Below the pieces are notes generated by a model. The model had not been told where the DNA came from. It did not search any database and worked only from the letters and a program-made list of their open reading frames with translations. A stretch of 63,818 bases of DNA, filler included, from Collodictyon triciliatum (lineage: Eukaryota), in assembly GCA_043381765.1 (NCBI GenBank). It is 5 parts of 5 records of this genome, joined end to end, with 100 filler letters (N's around TTAATTAATTAA, not from the genome) between each part and the next. Parts side by side here need not be neighbours in the genome. Positions count along the whole stretch, not along the records: positions 60,586 to 63,818 come from JBHJMP010000308.1; 4 more parts are not named here. The stretch is one strand, 5' to 3'. Position 1 is the stretch's first letter; every line of letters starts with the position of its first letter. This document shows positions 60,829-63,818 of this stretch, piece by piece. The translations under genes were made by a program, and so were the position numbers.

Positions 60829-63646
60829 ATAATTCTTTCTGGATTTTCTTCGCTCCAGCTCGTTTTTATTGAGTTCGTCTGGCTGCGTATGCAGTTTTCA
60901 GGGGGAGAGAAGGGAAGCCAGCAAAGACAGGCGATCTAACCCACCAACTAATACCCGCAGTTATACGATGAAAAGAAGAAAAAAAACCCGTCGCTCTTGG
61001 GCTTTTGGAAAGACTTGTTCTTCTGGGCGACTTGTATGAGAGCTAACTCTCTTTTTATGGTGTGTAGGTCTTGAGAAGAAAACAAAAGCCCTCGCAGAGA
61101 AGTACGGATGGCAGGAGCGAGGGACACGATCGACATGATCAAATATCTCTTAAGAGAGCAGGTTTATTCGCCTTCTGGAGCCCTGTCATACATGCGTTCA
61201 CACCTTACATGGAGGCTCTTTCGTTTCTATTCCTTTTCTTTTGGTTAGAGGCTGCTGCTTTTATTCTTTGGGTAATGTCCACGAATAGGATTTCAAGAGT
61301 CTTTCTGTATCAGAAGATGGGTGTAATGTCATTATCATAATTATAGCTGTCTACCGATCTCCAAGCAAATCTTGACATTTCCATGGCTCTCACAAAGTAC
61401 TTGAGTCGGCCAGACACAACTGACTCTGGTATTCAAAAGATAACGTGACTTGAATTAATATTTGACAAGAGTACGCATAATCGTTTATCTGTGATGGATT
61501 AGACATACTTGATTTTGGTCGGCTATCTTATGGTATCATATGCTATGTTTGCATCCTCTTTCCTCACCAAAACTTTTATTAGTTTATGAAAAGCTTCTCG
61601 AAATGCTATCAGCTTCAACATCTCCAGACTCTTCCGTTTTGAATAGAGGACTAAAGTTTGTGAATACACACGCTCCAGTCAATCCCCCTTCGATGTCCCT
61701 ATGCGACAAATTCGAACGGTTCTTTGACTCACAGAAATTAAAATGCAAGGCGGATTTGTACGGTGTTGTACGTTCATTTCCTTTCTAAACTTAATGCGAT
61801 ATTTATTTTATAGATTACAGCGGGTCTATGATTACATTTTTATTTCCAGAATAAATATAGTTGTCATTCATCTAACACAAGTTTGAATTTTCATAAAATC
61901 TAGATGAAAACCATATTTCAATCCCTGCGAAACCGAAAATCGGGGGACTACCAAGTAGCTGCAAAATCCGTTGTGATGCCCTCAACTCCAACATCCCATC
62001 AGACTCGCTCAGCTTCGAACTCCTCTGGGTTTTTTCAAGCCCTCTTGACTCAACAAACCGCAATATCTCCTCCAACCACACACTCTTCAAACCTTACTCG
62101 TTTGGTCCATGACTTTTCTGTCCTGAAACCACCTCCAAAATGGTTTCCCCCAGGTTTAACTTTGTACTTTATGTTTGTTCATTATTGCTTATTTTGCTAA
62201 ATGGGATTATACCACTACTCTTGTTGAGTGACCTTACAATATTTTCATAAATGATGCTTCATAATAAGTACTAATTATAACTAATATATAGGGAGGCATG
62301 CTTCTCTACTTGAATCAGGACTCTTTGGGTGGCTGTTCAAAAGAAACCCAGTAGAATCTCAAGGACACCCATTCCTACCTTGTATAAACATGCAACTTTC
62401 AGTCACCATACCCATTAATTTACAACTAAAATAACATCGATATATTACATTTGAAATTCAGCCACAACTTAATGTTTGGTCTTTTTCTCTTGTCTTTTTC
62501 TATTTTCTATTTTCTTTTTCTATTGTCTTTTTCTATTGTCTTTTTCTATTATCTTTTCTATTATCTTTTTCTATTATCTTTTTCTATTATCTTTTTCTAT
62601 TATCTTTTTCTATTATCTTTTTCTATTATCTTTTTCTATTATCTTTTTCTATTANNNNNNNNNNNNNNNNNNNNNNNNNNNNNNNNNNNNNNNNNNNNNN
62701 NNNNNNNNNNNNNNNNNNNNNNNNNNNNNNNNNNNNNNNNNNNNNNNNNNNNNNTTTTCTATTATCTTTTTCTATTATCTTTTTCTATTATCTTTTTCTA
62801 TTATCTTTTTCTATTATCTTTTTCTATTATCTTTTTCTATTATCTTTTTCTATTATCTTTTTCTATTATCTTTTTCTATTATCTTTTTCTATTATCTTTT
62901 TCTATTATCTTTTTCTATTATCTTTTTCTATTATCTTTTTACTTTTTACTTTTTACTTTTTACTTTTTACTTTTTACTTTTTACTTTTTACTTTTTACTT
63001 TTTACTTTTGTTTTTCTGCCTGCCCCTTTCTTTGTTCAAGGAAATACTGATTCCTTCTATGACGCATTCTCATAGTGTCGAAACCCTAAATATCTCTCTT
63101 TTTTTATCCAGCCCTAAATATGAAAGAAGCATTAGTGATTTACGACCAAGTTTCTTTTTCGACAGCAATTAACCTTACTCGAGCCACAAAGAAACTGTTT
63201 GTTTTATTTGGTGATGTTGTCTTCTTTTTTGTGTAAAGTAAATACATGAATAATTATATAGGAAAATATGTCGTGTTAAAAAATTATGTATTTTTTTTCA
63301 GAGAAAATTCGCAGACTCATAAAGATATCGAAGTCACTTTGAAAAAGAAAACACCTGGCTTATTTCAGTATAAGGTAAATTAGAATGTGATTATCGTTAC
63401 TTTGCTGCTTTGTTATTTTGGTATTATATTTGTAGAAAATAAAACTGTATGCACCTTCATGTGGTTACTGAATGTGATGGTGAAAAAAGTATTATGTTTA
63501 TCATTATTGCATGAATATAGCATTATAAGGAACAGCAACCGCTGAAATTGGAGCCAGCTGAAATCCATAGAGTTATTAGTGCAGTTGTTTCGCCTCCAGA
63601 TGACGACTCCGTTATTCGAAACTTTGCTTCTACTATTCTTATTAAG
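60829..63646 (+). CDS. Internal exons of an unknown, possibly ARM/HEAT-like helical protein; both ends missing
   Basis: Exon-like blocks bounded by AG/GT between AT-rich introns: EAAAFILWVMSTNRISRVFLYQK, VYEKLLEMLSAS...CKADLY, MKTIFQSLRN...KWFPP, EIHRVISAVVSPPDDDSVIRNFASTILIK. The exact junctions are uncertain. Confidence 0.5.
62510..63009. repeat. 13-mer (TATTATCTTTTTC)n followed by 7-mer (TTTTTAC)n, intronic, with a gap
   Basis: Directly visible. Confidence 0.95.
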
Positions 63647-63679
63647 GTAAGGTCTTGTATATTATGATTCTGATAGGAC

Positions 63680-63777
63680 TCTTGTTCTTGTTCTTGTTCT
63701 TGTTCTTGTTCTTGTTCTTGTTCTTGTTCTTGTTCTTGTTCTTGTTCTTGTTCTTGTTCTTGTTCTTGTTCTTGTTC
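63680..63777. repeat. (TTCTTG)n intronic microsatellite
   Basis: Directly visible. Confidence 0.95.
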
Positions 63778-63818
63778 ACAACTTAACCTACTATCATCTA
63801 AAACAACAACTAAAATCT

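Overview
Eukaryotic nuclear DNA from an intron-dense organism, most likely a unicellular protist. It uses the standard code (TAA, TAG and TGA all terminate genes) and has AT-rich, microsatellite-laden introns. The window is not one continuous locus: four 100-nt N-blocks containing TTAATTAATTAA (19041, 38436, 44684, 60530) look like artificial six-frame-stop linkers joining five segments. I spliced the genes by hand. Segment 1: a GAL3ST-like sulfotransferase (partial), CPSF1/CPSF160, an intronless membrane-anchored family I pyrophosphatase and TTC13/SRFR1 (partial). Segment 2: an At4g15545-like coiled-coil protein, a Neverland/DAF-36 Rieske sterol 7-desaturase, VAC14, a degenerate Rab-like protein and a two-repeat MYB factor. 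Segment 3: a catalytically dead pogo/Tigger transposase-derived gene. Segment 4: a SEC14-GOLD protein (partial), a C2 + LRR protein, mitochondrial release factor 1 and a partial coiled-coil gene. Segment 5: a partial unknown gene. The best novelty candidates are (1) the apparently domesticated pogo transposase, (2) a type II membrane, probably luminal or ecto, family I PPase, (3) a Rab-like pseudo-GTPase, (4) an LRR array built from 69-nt phase-0 exons in an A-B-C super-repeat and (5) GC-rich islands that cross gene borders and show G-to-C skew switches. No tRNA, rRNA, CRISPR array or intact transposon was recognised. All family assignments come from remembered motifs, not database searches.
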